Shown here: in pieces, positions 49,496-57,735 of the stretch
Layout: the number at the start of each line of letters is the position of its first letter
Numbering within the stretch: position 1 is the first letter of the stretch
DNA from: a virus
Reading direction: 5' to 3' (one strand)
Length of the DNA stretch: 64,000 bases
IMG/VR virus record: IMGVR_UViG_3300045988_115635
Span: 41,405 to 105,404 of that record
The notes under the pieces: model-generated
What the model saw: the letters and a program-made list of their open reading frames with translations, nothing else
Database searches by the model: none
Told to the model about the DNA's origin: nothing
Translations under genes and position numbers: made by a program

Positions 49496-49961
49496 AATTA
49501 CCCTTAATTGTCAAACGATAGATACCAGAACGTGAATTAGATACTGATAGCAAAGCAGAATTTACGCCTGGTTTTTGTTTTAGTACGGTATGTTCTTTAC
49601 TTTCGCCCTCTAGTGATACATTTCCGTCAATAGTGATTGAACTAACGATATACACACCAATAGGGACGTTTACAATACCGCCACCGAAAGATTCAACGTA
49701 ATCTATTGCAGATTGAATAGCCAAAGTATCATCGTTAATACCGTCTCCTTTGGCTCCAAAATCCGAAACTGACGCATAGCGCAAATCAGCATCGTAAGAA
49801 GATACGGAAATGGGGAATGATGATAAATCGGTATCTATTGCAACCTGCAAGTATTCTTCATATGAAATTACTAAAGAAGCATTTGCCGCTATAGATTTAT
49901 CACCTATCAAAATTCGATAGGGTGCTAGGTTTGTTATTTCCATAAATCTAAGCATTTGCAC
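49485..49961 (-). CDS. Pectate-lyase-3 / tailspike-type beta-helix N-terminal fragment (158 aa); truncated or split depolymerase-like gene
   Basis: YASVSDFGAKGDGINDDTLAIQSAIDYVESFGGGIVNVPIGVYIV is the canonical start of pectate_lyase_3 / tailspike beta-helices. The ORF ends about 60 aa later, far too short for a complete helix. Confidence 0.5.
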   Translation of the reverse strand: MQMLRFMEITNLAPYRILIGDKSIAANASLVISYEEYLQVAIDTDLSSFPISVSSYDADLRYASVSDFGAKGDGINDDTLAIQSAIDYVESFGGGIVNVPIGVYIVSSITIDGNVSLEGESKEHTVLKQKPGVNSALLSVSNSRSGIYRLTIKGNYGD

Positions 49962-50012
49962 AACTCCTTTTCCTTTGCCTAAAATTGTAGCAATGAAAAG
50001 CGTTCAACGCAT

Positions 50013-50381
50013 TTGTTAGGAATGATAATGCTTACATTAAAGATAAAAGATATTTTTAGTAATCGAACAGAGCAGACCTACGGGTTAATGTATAAAGATG
50101 AATACGAAAAAGACTGCTGTGCTTTATTCTCTTTCAAAGAACCTAAAGTTCTTAATTTTCATACTGCTAATTGCAAATTTCCTATTTTGGTTGTTTATTT
50201 GCGTGATGATTTGTCTATAGATTCCTGGTATTTAATGTATCCAAATGAATCAGGCTTTAAGTCTATAAAACCTTGCAAGTTTGCCGTTGAAATGGAATTT
50301 GATAAACATAAACTCATTGAGTTAAAACAGTCAGTAATGACTAGATTTGACTTAAAAGATAAAACGATTTCTTTTTACTAA
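50013..50381 (+). CDS. Plus-strand moron ORF (about 120 aa; TTG or ATG start at 50013/50022)
   Basis: The only credible plus-strand ORF. AT-rich, non-repetitive protein, convergent with its neighbours and followed by a bidirectional terminator. Confidence 0.4.
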   Translation: MLGMIMLTLKIKDIFSNRTEQTYGLMYKDEYEKDCCALFSFKEPKVLNFHTANCKFPILVVYLRDDLSIDSWYLMYPNESGFKSIKPCKFAVEMEFDKHKLIELKQSVMTRFDLKDKTISFY

Positions 50382-50384
50382 AAT

Positions 50385-50420
50385 CTCAATAAAATAATTG
50401 AGAACGAACATTTGTTCGTG
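50385..50420. promoter_or_regulatory. Composite element, copy D: CTCAATAAAATAATTGAG + AACGAACATTTGTTCGTG (perfect CGAAC-N4-GTTCG)
   Basis: Read from the sequence. Adjacent to the terminator at 50431-50462. Confidence 0.65.
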
Positions 50421-50430
50421 TTTTAGGCAA

Positions 50431-50462
50431 AATAAAAAGCACCCCGTAAAGAGGTGCTTTCT
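50431..50462. terminator. Bidirectional rho-independent terminator
   Basis: AGCACC-CCGTAAAGA-GGTGCT hairpin with an A-run upstream and a T-run downstream on plus. It terminates the plus-strand moron and the minus-strand holin-like gene. Confidence 0.6.
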
Positions 50463-50479
50463 AGTCTCATGGAGTTTTA

Positions 50480-50869
50480 TTACTCTGCTTTCTTTACCTC
50501 TACGCCATCTTCTTGGTCGGTAGTTTCAGCAGGTGTTTCAGTTGGGGTTTCAGTTTCAGTGTCATTTTCAGAAGTGAAATAAAACCACTTATCAAGGCTT
50601 TCACTGGTAACACCGATAGACTTAAACAAGTTGTAAGCAACCTGTACGCCACCTACAACAGCAGTAATCCAAGTAAGCAGTGTTTCAGGCGTTGGTACGC
50701 CATTTACGCAAGCGGTAAATACACCTGCAAGCAAAGAAACAACAATTGCGATAACCCAATTGGTCAATTTAGACCAAGAAGAACGCTTAACAAGCTGAAC
50801 TACGTATGGCAAGAACAATGAAAAGAAAACAGCAGCCACAGGCTGAATCCATGCTTCCCAATTCTCCAT
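50480..50869 (-). CDS. Holin-like small membrane protein (129 aa, 3 TM, acidic C-terminus)
   Basis: TM helices VAAVFFSLFLPYVVQLV, WVIAIVVSLLAGVFTACV and LLTWITAVVGGVQVAY, then an acidic tail TETETPTETPAETTDQEDG. Confidence 0.45.
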   Translation of the reverse strand: MENWEAWIQPVAAVFFSLFLPYVVQLVKRSSWSKLTNWVIAIVVSLLAGVFTACVNGVPTPETLLTWITAVVGGVQVAYNLFKSIGVTSESLDKWFYFTSENDTETETPTETPAETTDQEDGVEVKKAE

Positions 50870-50915
50870 ATCAAAACTTCCTTTCTATAGGGTGTTTTAA
50901 TTATAAACTGTGTTT

Positions 50916-52913
50916 TTAGTATCTGCTACCTGATGTCCACTCTTGCGTAGAACCACCAAAAGATTGTACTAGACCCATTTCACGCTCAAATTGAGCCGAT
51001 CTATCCTGATAAAAGCGTTCTAAGTCATTAGTCTCTAAAGCGGTTTGTTGACCTAAATAGCCTCCTTGTGCTGCTCCTACTATTGGCAATAAATTACCAG
51101 TCATAAACGCATCAATTTGTTCACTTAATAACCTTACACATACCGTAGATACGCAATCCGCCATGTCGTTATGAGTTACAGGTCCATTGTCTGGGTGGTC
51201 TACCTTTTTCCCATTTTTCAAGATTAAGAACTTTAGTTCTTTTTCAAGCATGCATACTCTGCCTAAGCCTAAAATATCATCTTTAACAAATGGAGCATGT
51301 AGCCAACCTTGATTTAGAGCCTGCTTAAATCTCTCCCAACGTTTACTATTGCTTTTCTCTGTAGCAGTTTCTTCAGTAACAATTACTGAATTGTTCATAA
51401 AGGAGCCGCGCAATTTTTCACGATTCAAAAAGTCAATAAACGCGCCGCTATTCCACTGGTCGAATGTAATTTTAGTCACGTTAAAGACCTTCAAAATAGA
51501 CTTTAACCATTCAAAAACTACTACATAGTCAATATGCCTTGACCCGTCTTCACTAGGCTCAAAGTCTTTAGCCTGGAATATCTTTTGAACATCAATAAAT
51601 GCGTGATAATAACCATCATCGCAAAGTTGTTTGTGTCCAATGCTGCAACAAAAGTTGTCGTTTGTTCGACCAGCGTCACAATGCATTGTGTACTGTACGT
51701 CAAGTCTACCTGTCTTATGAGGTACGTTTAGATTATTCTCCATAGACGGGAACGCATAAAACATTTCATCTACTTTGTGAGAATTCAAGAAAGCGTTTTC
51801 AGACTTAGCAAATTGAGCATAGTATTCTACTTTTGACTTTTCAGGGTCGCGTTCAATTTCTGCTCTAAACGATTCGTCTTGATCAGGTGAAGTTAACAAA
51901 GGCGTTCTAATCGCTGGTAAGTATTGACCGTCTGTGAACAACTCCCAAGATGGTGCTTGAATGCAAAACATTTCAGGGTTTTTAGCCATACCATCAGGGG
52001 TAGTTTCAAAAGCATCACAATACAGTTCGTAAAACTTGCCAATCTCTGATACAGGGGTTGAGGGTACGATGATCATGCCGTCTTTGCCAAACTGACGCAA
52101 AGAAGGTGTTAGTGCTTTATAAATCTCACTTGAAGATGCTTTTAATCCATCATCTAAACCATAAGCGAATTCGTCAAACATTTGTAAGAACGATGCTCTA
52201 CCACGTGCAGCGTCAGGGTTAGCAGCTTTAGGCTCAATTTGAATAGTTGACCTAGTTTTAATGTTTTTACGTCTGCCTGCTTCAATCTGCTTTTGAAGTT
52301 CTTTCTCATTAAAAACTTTGTCAGATGCCGTTTCTAGCTTAATAGCAGTTTCTGATAAGGCGTTTACATAAGGGTCGAACCATGAACACGAAATAATGGT
52401 ATTGAGCACGTCAAGGTATAAAGCACTTTTAGCCTGTGAGTAGGTAGTAGCAAGAATATCTACGTAGAGGTCCTTACCCTCTGCAATACCGTATTCTTTT
52501 TGGGGGTTTCCTAACGTGAGCATTTGAGCCACTTTGTACCCTGCAATGTGAGCAGATGTAAAACCTTTTGAACCACGTCTACCAAGTACGAATACACTTT
52601 CGCGGAAATGCTTGTAATTTCTCTTTTTCAACCATTCTATACGGTCGAAAATATCAAGCGGTATTCTAATAAGTCCGTTGTTCCTTGTGCTTTCTCTCCA
52701 CGATTCAATTACCGCAAAGTCGTATGAAGTCATTTGATCTAATTCAAGAAAAATCAACTTCATTAAGGTTTTTTGCCTTGGGTATAAAGGTGCCCACTGC
52801 AAAGATGGCGTATACATCTCATAAAAATCACAGATAGGCGGTAAATTCTTCAAAGAGATTTGAGGAGCAGCGAGCGAGGAAAAAACATCAATACCGTGTT
52901 TAATCTCACCCAT
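50916..52913 (-). CDS. terL: Terminase large subunit
   Basis: 665 aa. Walker-A-like VLGRRGSKGFTSA near the N-terminal ATPase domain. Size and two-domain organisation typical of TerL. Preceded by a small ORF (candidate TerS). Confidence 0.65.
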   Translation of the reverse strand: MGEIKHGIDVFSSLAAPQISLKNLPPICDFYEMYTPSLQWAPLYPRQKTLMKLIFLELDQMTSYDFAVIESWRESTRNNGLIRIPLDIFDRIEWLKKRNYKHFRESVFVLGRRGSKGFTSAHIAGYKVAQMLTLGNPQKEYGIAEGKDLYVDILATTYSQAKSALYLDVLNTIISCSWFDPYVNALSETAIKLETASDKVFNEKELQKQIEAGRRKNIKTRSTIQIEPKAANPDAARGRASFLQMFDEFAYGLDDGLKASSSEIYKALTPSLRQFGKDGMIIVPSTPVSEIGKFYELYCDAFETTPDGMAKNPEMFCIQAPSWELFTDGQYLPAIRTPLLTSPDQDESFRAEIERDPEKSKVEYYAQFAKSENAFLNSHKVDEMFYAFPSMENNLNVPHKTGRLDVQYTMHCDAGRTNDNFCCSIGHKQLCDDGYYHAFIDVQKIFQAKDFEPSEDGSRHIDYVVVFEWLKSILKVFNVTKITFDQWNSGAFIDFLNREKLRGSFMNNSVIVTEETATEKSNSKRWERFKQALNQGWLHAPFVKDDILGLGRVCMLEKELKFLILKNGKKVDHPDNGPVTHNDMADCVSTVCVRLLSEQIDAFMTGNLLPIVGAAQGGYLGQQTALETNDLERFYQDRSAQFEREMGLVQSFGGSTQEWTSGSRY

Positions 52914-52916
52914 GTT

Positions 52917-53351
52917 TTACCCCTGTAGTAAGTCCGTGTTATATCCTTGTTGTTTCAAGTCTTTAGAACTCATGTGTTGTGCGTCCCAGATTTTACGCTC
53001 AATGTCTATAGCAGCGTCAAGAACTGCTTGCTGCCTTTTGTCTAAGCGTGAAGTAATTGATACCTCTGGAATAAGCTGATTATTCCTTAATGCTTCAGCG
53101 TTTGGCTTAATATAACCATCAAAACCAAGTTCGAATAATCGAGTAGCAGCAAAATCTAACATTTCTTGCCAGACTTTATTCATCTCTTCTTTAGAATCAT
53201 AAATCTTAGTACCGTCTCCAAAGCGTCTGGCAAACTCACCGAAAAAGCCACCTTGCCCCATGATTCTATAATCATCGCCTGGTTTTCCGTATAAAGCGTA
53301 CTGGTCGTCTAAGTTAATGCCTACATTATGGCTATTTTCAAAATCTGGCAT
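52917..53351 (-). CDS. Possible terminase small subunit (144 aa)
   Basis: Position immediately upstream of terL only. Confidence 0.3.
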   Translation of the reverse strand: MPDFENSHNVGINLDDQYALYGKPGDDYRIMGQGGFFGEFARRFGDGTKIYDSKEEMNKVWQEMLDFAATRLFELGFDGYIKPNAEALRNNQLIPEVSITSRLDKRQQAVLDAAIDIERKIWDAQHMSSKDLKQQGYNTDLLQG

Positions 53352-53602
53352 TATTCCTCATTTTCGTTTTCGGTTTCATTTTCATCATGAGAGAGCAAGT
53401 ATCTTTCGGTCCAATCATGTATTTCTGCGTCCCTGCTTACATATGATAGACAATTGCCTAGATTAGGCTCATCTATAATTTCGGGAATATCTGTTTCGGT
53501 TTCACATAGGGCAAAACAGACCGCAAAATTATTTATTGAATCAATTCGCCTGCCGTGAAAACACGAAAAGCAAGATTGTTTTCTATTACTTACTTTTTTC
53601 AA
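53351..53602 (-). CDS. Hypothetical protein (83 aa), Cys-rich N-terminus
   Basis: ORF with a stop/start overlap to the next gene. Confidence 0.3.
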   Translation of the reverse strand: MKKVSNRKQSCFSCFHGRRIDSINNFAVCFALCETETDIPEIIDEPNLGNCLSYVSRDAEIHDWTERYLLSHDENETENENEE

Positions 53603-53619
53603 ATCTTCCCTCTTTACAA

Positions 53620-53650
53620 AATAACCCCGATTTGATTCTTCGGGGTTATT
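53620..53650 (-). terminator. Probable terminator hairpin after the 360-aa gene
   Basis: AACCCCGA / TCGGGGTT stem, followed on the minus strand by AUUUUG. Confidence 0.4.
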
Positions 53651-53677
53651 ATCTCACCAAACTATAAAAAATGAAAA

Positions 53678-54760
53678 TTAGTCATCAACCAGGATAGCAT
53701 CGCAATTCTTACAACGGCTTTCATGGTGTGCTTTAAGAATTACGTACCCTGCAAGTATTTGTAATTTTCTTACGCTGCTTGACTTGATTTCACTGATGAA
53801 ACAAGCAGATGATAAAAGACTTGCTAGTTCATCTACTGTGCCTTCTTCAGCAAAATCACTGTAAACTCTATATTCATCAAAACATGTCACAGTAACGTAT
53901 TTAATACGTGTAGGTAATCCGTGCTCTTCACAAACATGAATGATACGTTTACGCATCATTCTGATTTCATCGTATGAAACTTCAGTAAAGGTATAAGCCA
54001 GTCCATCTAATGATTCGTATGCATTATCAATCTTTTCATTGATAACACGCATAATATCATCGTAAGCCAAGTCTCTAATGCTTAATGCAGACAGATAGTT
54101 ATTAAACTCAATGATTGCACAACTATCTTCATTAAAGAGAATTGGAGAAACTTCAGGTGCCTGGAATTTCTTTTTGAGTACGAAACGAATACCGCCGTTG
54201 TACCAAGTATCATGAATCTGATAACGCTTACCAGGAATGAGAATATCAATTTGAGTGTAGCCCAAAGAATCATCGGTATTCATGATGAAAGAATTACCGC
54301 CAAGAACTTCAAGTAATTCTTTTAAGCAGTCTACTAGTTCAATCTTATCTTTATCTTGTGCTCTAAAATCAACTACGTAATCTGACGGCTTGCCTGTACC
54401 GTCTGCATAGTCAGAAAGATTTCGAACGCAAAGAATTACTTTATGATCTCCTAGCTTTTTAAGCCAGTAGTTGATATTTTCGCATCTAAAGTCGATGCCC
54501 AAACGCTCCAAGTAAGGAACAGGAATTTTAAGCAAAGCACCTACTTTATCAAGGCAATTATTGTAGCCAACAAATTCACCGTCAACATAGAACTCATCGT
54601 TTTTAACTTCAAGCTTGTTGGTTGTGGTTTCGATACGCTTAATAGAAGAGTATTGCGCATAAGCTTTTTTATAAGCATCAGAAAGTTTTACGATGCCGCC
54701 TGTATTCTCGTTGATAAGATCGCTTAAAGTTTTGCCTAAGTTCGTATATTTATCTGCCAT
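53678..54760 (-). CDS. Hypothetical protein (360 aa)
   Basis: ORF; no motif. Confidence 0.4.
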   Translation of the reverse strand: MADKYTNLGKTLSDLINENTGGIVKLSDAYKKAYAQYSSIKRIETTTNKLEVKNDEFYVDGEFVGYNNCLDKVGALLKIPVPYLERLGIDFRCENINYWLKKLGDHKVILCVRNLSDYADGTGKPSDYVVDFRAQDKDKIELVDCLKELLEVLGGNSFIMNTDDSLGYTQIDILIPGKRYQIHDTWYNGGIRFVLKKKFQAPEVSPILFNEDSCAIIEFNNYLSALSIRDLAYDDIMRVINEKIDNAYESLDGLAYTFTEVSYDEIRMMRKRIIHVCEEHGLPTRIKYVTVTCFDEYRVYSDFAEEGTVDELASLLSSACFISEIKSSSVRKLQILAGYVILKAHHESRCKNCDAILVDD

Positions 54761-55188
54761 TATTCCTCCTTGCTCATTTCTCTTTCAAGCGTTTCTGCTG
54801 CTACACTTGCGTTTTGTGCGTGCTTCATAACATCGTTATATAAGCCGCCATTTTCAACACCTAAAGAATCGGGTGTTACCTGTGCTACAACATTTAGGAC
54901 CTTTACAGGTACTAATACAGCAGAAACCCCAGCGGTTCTAAGTGAAGATGCTATAACACCTATATTTTCTTTTGTTAAGTTTGCATCGACTTCAATTATA
55001 TAGGTTGGTCTTGAAATATCGTTCTGTAAAATCATTACATTTTTGATATGTTCTAAAACACGACCAACATCATCAAAAGAGCCATTTGTTAGTAGATAAT
55101 CTACTAGCTGCTCTTTGTCCCAGGTTTCATAACCTTTATTTACGCTTTGAGTTTCCTTTTTGCGGTTCTTCTTATTGAATAGTTTCAT
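54760..55188 (-). CDS. Hypothetical protein (142 aa)
   Basis: ORF coupled to its neighbours. Confidence 0.35.
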   Translation of the reverse strand: MKLFNKKNRKKETQSVNKGYETWDKEQLVDYLLTNGSFDDVGRVLEHIKNVMILQNDISRPTYIIEVDANLTKENIGVIASSLRTAGVSAVLVPVKVLNVVAQVTPDSLGVENGGLYNDVMKHAQNASVAAETLEREMSKEE

Positions 55189-55477
55189 CTAAACCCTCAT
55201 TGATCATTTGCATCAACTCTAAAGCCTGTCGTGTAGCCATGTTAATAGGCGTTTCTGATGAGGTATCCCAAATTGGAGAATCAACATCTACAGGGTCAAA
55301 AGACTTTTTAGCTGGGTGCCAAACGCCGTTGATTCTCAAAGAAAAGGTGTATTCCCAAGTATCACCTAAATCTTTAAAACCAAAGAGTGAACCGTCTACG
55401 CCGTCCACTTTGATAACGTTTCTCCAACCAGCTAAGGTTCTTTCAAGAATTGCGGTGTATCGTTCAAAATTATTCAT
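55172..55477 (-). CDS. Hypothetical protein (101 aa)
   Basis: ORF. Confidence 0.35.
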   Translation of the reverse strand: MNNFERYTAILERTLAGWRNVIKVDGVDGSLFGFKDLGDTWEYTFSLRINGVWHPAKKSFDPVDVDSPIWDTSSETPINMATRQALELMQMINEGLDETIQ

Positions 55478-55762
55478 TTAAGATACCACCTGTACAAAAT
55501 TCAAACCTTCGGTTTTTTCTTTAATCATTTTGTTAGCTTCTTCCAAGGCTTCATTGTCGTCAGCGAGTTCAGATACTAGCCTGTTTATCTTTTCGTTTTC
55601 AGTAAGTTCAATGCTTCCAATTTCAGCAAGTTCAGATTCCAACTGTTCAATCTCATTTGCCAAAGATAGATAGCGAGCGTTTAGTTTTTCATATTCTTGA
55701 AAAGCAGCCGCCCAGTTATTAAGAGCAAGCTTTAGCGTGTTTCTTTTAGTTTCGTCTAACAT
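55478..55762 (-). CDS. Hypothetical coiled-coil protein (94 aa)
   Basis: ORF; heptad-rich. Confidence 0.35.
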   Translation of the reverse strand: MLDETKRNTLKLALNNWAAAFQEYEKLNARYLSLANEIEQLESELAEIGSIELTENEKINRLVSELADDNEALEEANKMIKEKTEGLNFVQVVS

Positions 55763-55766
55763 GGTC

Positions 55767-56324
55767 TTACTCCGCTGGCGTTGCTTCTAAGTCAACGATT
55801 GATGCAAAAGAAGGTTCAATAATGGTTTCTTTTTCTTCAATAAGTTCAGCCGTAGTGTTTGAAGCTGTAGAAGTGTTCTTTGATCTTTCTGAAGCTTTCT
55901 TCAATGGTTTTGGTGCACTCAATGGCTTTTTAGTTTGTTCTGCCATTTCCTTAGCACCGTTTTCTTGTTTTTGAATCAATGCTTCTAATCCGCCGTTATC
56001 TTCAATTTCCTTTTTAACTTCTTTATTGGTCCCTTTAGATTCTTTTCCCTGTGTAGGTTTCTTTGCCTGTCTTTTAGGTTCAGGCTTTTTAACTTCTTTA
56101 ACTTCTTTTGACTTTTCTTTGTCATGGTCTAAATAGTTCTTAAGATATTCGCGAAACAGTTCAATGTGTTTATCGCAAACTTCATATAAAGCAAGTTCAT
56201 CTTCGCCTTTGATTGATACGTAAATGTCTGGCGTATCTCCTACTTGCTCCATAATGTCTTTTGTAATATCCAATTCCTTCGAATTGGTGCAGTTTGGATA
56301 ATCGCAAACTAAACTTAAACTCAT
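55767..56324 (-). CDS. Lys-rich probable nucleic-acid-binding protein (185 aa)
   Basis: N-terminal CxxC…C…H cluster, then a KEVKEVKKPEPKRQAKKPTQGK basic low-complexity region. First gene after motif copy E. Confidence 0.4.
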   Translation of the reverse strand: MSLSLVCDYPNCTNSKELDITKDIMEQVGDTPDIYVSIKGEDELALYEVCDKHIELFREYLKNYLDHDKEKSKEVKEVKKPEPKRQAKKPTQGKESKGTNKEVKKEIEDNGGLEALIQKQENGAKEMAEQTKKPLSAPKPLKKASERSKNTSTASNTTAELIEEKETIIEPSFASIVDLEATPAE

Positions 56325-56344
56325 TTCCCGAACCTCACTTAAAT

Positions 56345-56398
56345 CTCAATTATTTTATTGAGTTCGAACATTTGTTCTATCTCAATTATTTTATTGAG
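56345..56398. promoter_or_regulatory. Composite element, copy E (complete symmetric form): CTCAATTATTTTATTGAG + TTCGAACATTTGTTCTAT + CTCAATTATTTTATTGAG
   Basis: Read from the sequence: both flanking 18-bp palindromes are intact around a CGAAC-N4-GTTCT core. Confidence 0.7.
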
Positions 56399-56429
56399 AA
56401 AATCCCTTCGATAATTATAACGTTAAACA

Positions 56430-57545
56430 TCATAGCCAGATGGAATCACATGAAAATTTCTGCCAGCAGTTAGCACTTAACACTTGCCCTACCGTAGGGT
56501 CTTTTCTACTTTGCAAAAATTCCCTAAAGTCGTTATTCCTAAAAGCTTTCAAAATTCTACCAAGCAAACCTTCATTCTCTTTGTTCTTAAACACCCGCCT
56601 GATAATTTCAGATTCTTTCAAGCAATACGCTTCAGTTTTAAACGTTTGCTCCATAGGGAATTCTTTATTTAAGGTTTTCTGAACTTCAAGGAAATAATCT
56701 TCTTTCCCGTCAACACATGAATTTTCTTGAATTTCCTCCACAGGCGTTTCATCTACTTTTTCTACATTCCAAGGTACTGTAACTGGCTTGGCTGTAGGTG
56801 TTAAATTCTCTTGGCTTGAAAGAGAATTTTGCGTTTCGCTTTTTTTATTATTATTTATATTCTCTGTATATAAATTTATATTTATATATTCTCTGTATTT
56901 GTCTGCCGATTTTTCGGGAGAGCCTTTTTGTTGATTTGTACAAACGCTTTGTACCCCGTTTTGTGGTAAGTCTGCATCAAAATTTTGTTCGTTGTTTGGC
57001 AAAAAATTTTCAGGTTCTACAAAATCGGTTTCTTCACGATCTTCAAATTCTTCATATTCTTCGTTTGGGTCATGGTCGGTGCTATAGTAATTGTTCGGGT
57101 CCATGAGTTCTTTAATACGTTCTGGATTGATCTTGATATACAAAACGTTGTTAATGTTTGTGTAAACCTTGCCTGCTGGCGTGTCATAAGAGACAGTTTG
57201 ATTTCTGAACACACGTTCGATAGCACCAAGTTTTTCAAGGAAAACTATAGCGTCTGTAGCTGCTCGCTTAGAAATGTTAAATTGTTCTGATATTTGTTTA
57301 TAGGAGCGTTGTAACAAGTCTCCCTTAAACTTCTTGGAATACCCCTTAAAAGCCCCTGTCGCTTGATCTCTGACCTCTTTAGGGCGATACCAGTATAAGA
57401 TGTCGGATAAAATCAAAATGGCGTTCATTTTCGGTTTGCCATTCGGTCCAACTATTGTTTTATAAAACATGTGTGGTACAATATTACCAACAAAGGGCAT
57501 TCTTCCGATTGCTTCTACTTCTGAAGTCATTGGTGAATTATTCAT
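56430..57545 (-). CDS. Candidate replication initiator / replisome organiser (winged-helix)
   Basis: HTH-like ISKRAATDAIVFLEKLGAIERV. An internal AT-rich low-complexity linker coincides with direct repeats and a palindrome (56850-56955). Confidence 0.4.
   Translation of the reverse strand: MNNSPMTSEVEAIGRMPFVGNIVPHMFYKTIVGPNGKPKMNAILILSDILYWYRPKEVRDQATGAFKGYSKKFKGDLLQRSYKQISEQFNISKRAATDAIVFLEKLGAIERVFRNQTVSYDTPAGKVYTNINNVLYIKINPERIKELMDPNNYYSTDHDPNEEYEEFEDREETDFVEPENFLPNNEQNFDADLPQNGVQSVCTNQQKGSPEKSADKYREYININLYTENINNNKKSETQNSLSSQENLTPTAKPVTVPWNVEKVDETPVEEIQENSCVDGKEDYFLEVQKTLNKEFPMEQTFKTEAYCLKESEIIRRVFKNKENEGLLGRILKAFRNNDFREFLQSRKDPTVGQVLSANCWQKFSCDSIWL
56850..56955. other. Candidate origin-like region inside the initiator gene: 2x TATATTCTCTGTAT direct repeats in an extremely AT-rich stretch, plus the palindrome GTACAAACGCTTTGTAC
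   Basis: Read directly from the sequence. Confidence 0.4.
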
Positions 57546-57663
57546 AATTTACCTCCTTTGAGTTGGTTTTTATTATTTTCTTTAGTTTAGTAGTTGCGAG
57601 CGACAAAATAAAGAGTGCCCTTTATTTTTTTTGCCTAGATTTTTTATCTAGGCTCTTTTTATA

Positions 57664-57692
57664 TAAAAAAAGAGCGGGTGTTAAACCCGCTC
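57664..57692 (-). terminator. Rho-independent terminator after the 378-aa gene
   Basis: GAGCGGGT-GTTAAA-ACCCGCTC hairpin preceded on plus by A7 (U7 on the minus transcript). A second hairpin, GCCTAGA…TCTAGGC, with a T-run faces the plus strand. Confidence 0.6.
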
Positions 57693-57735
57693 AAAAACAA
57701 TGGAAAGCAAAAATAAGGAAAGAACCACACTCAAA

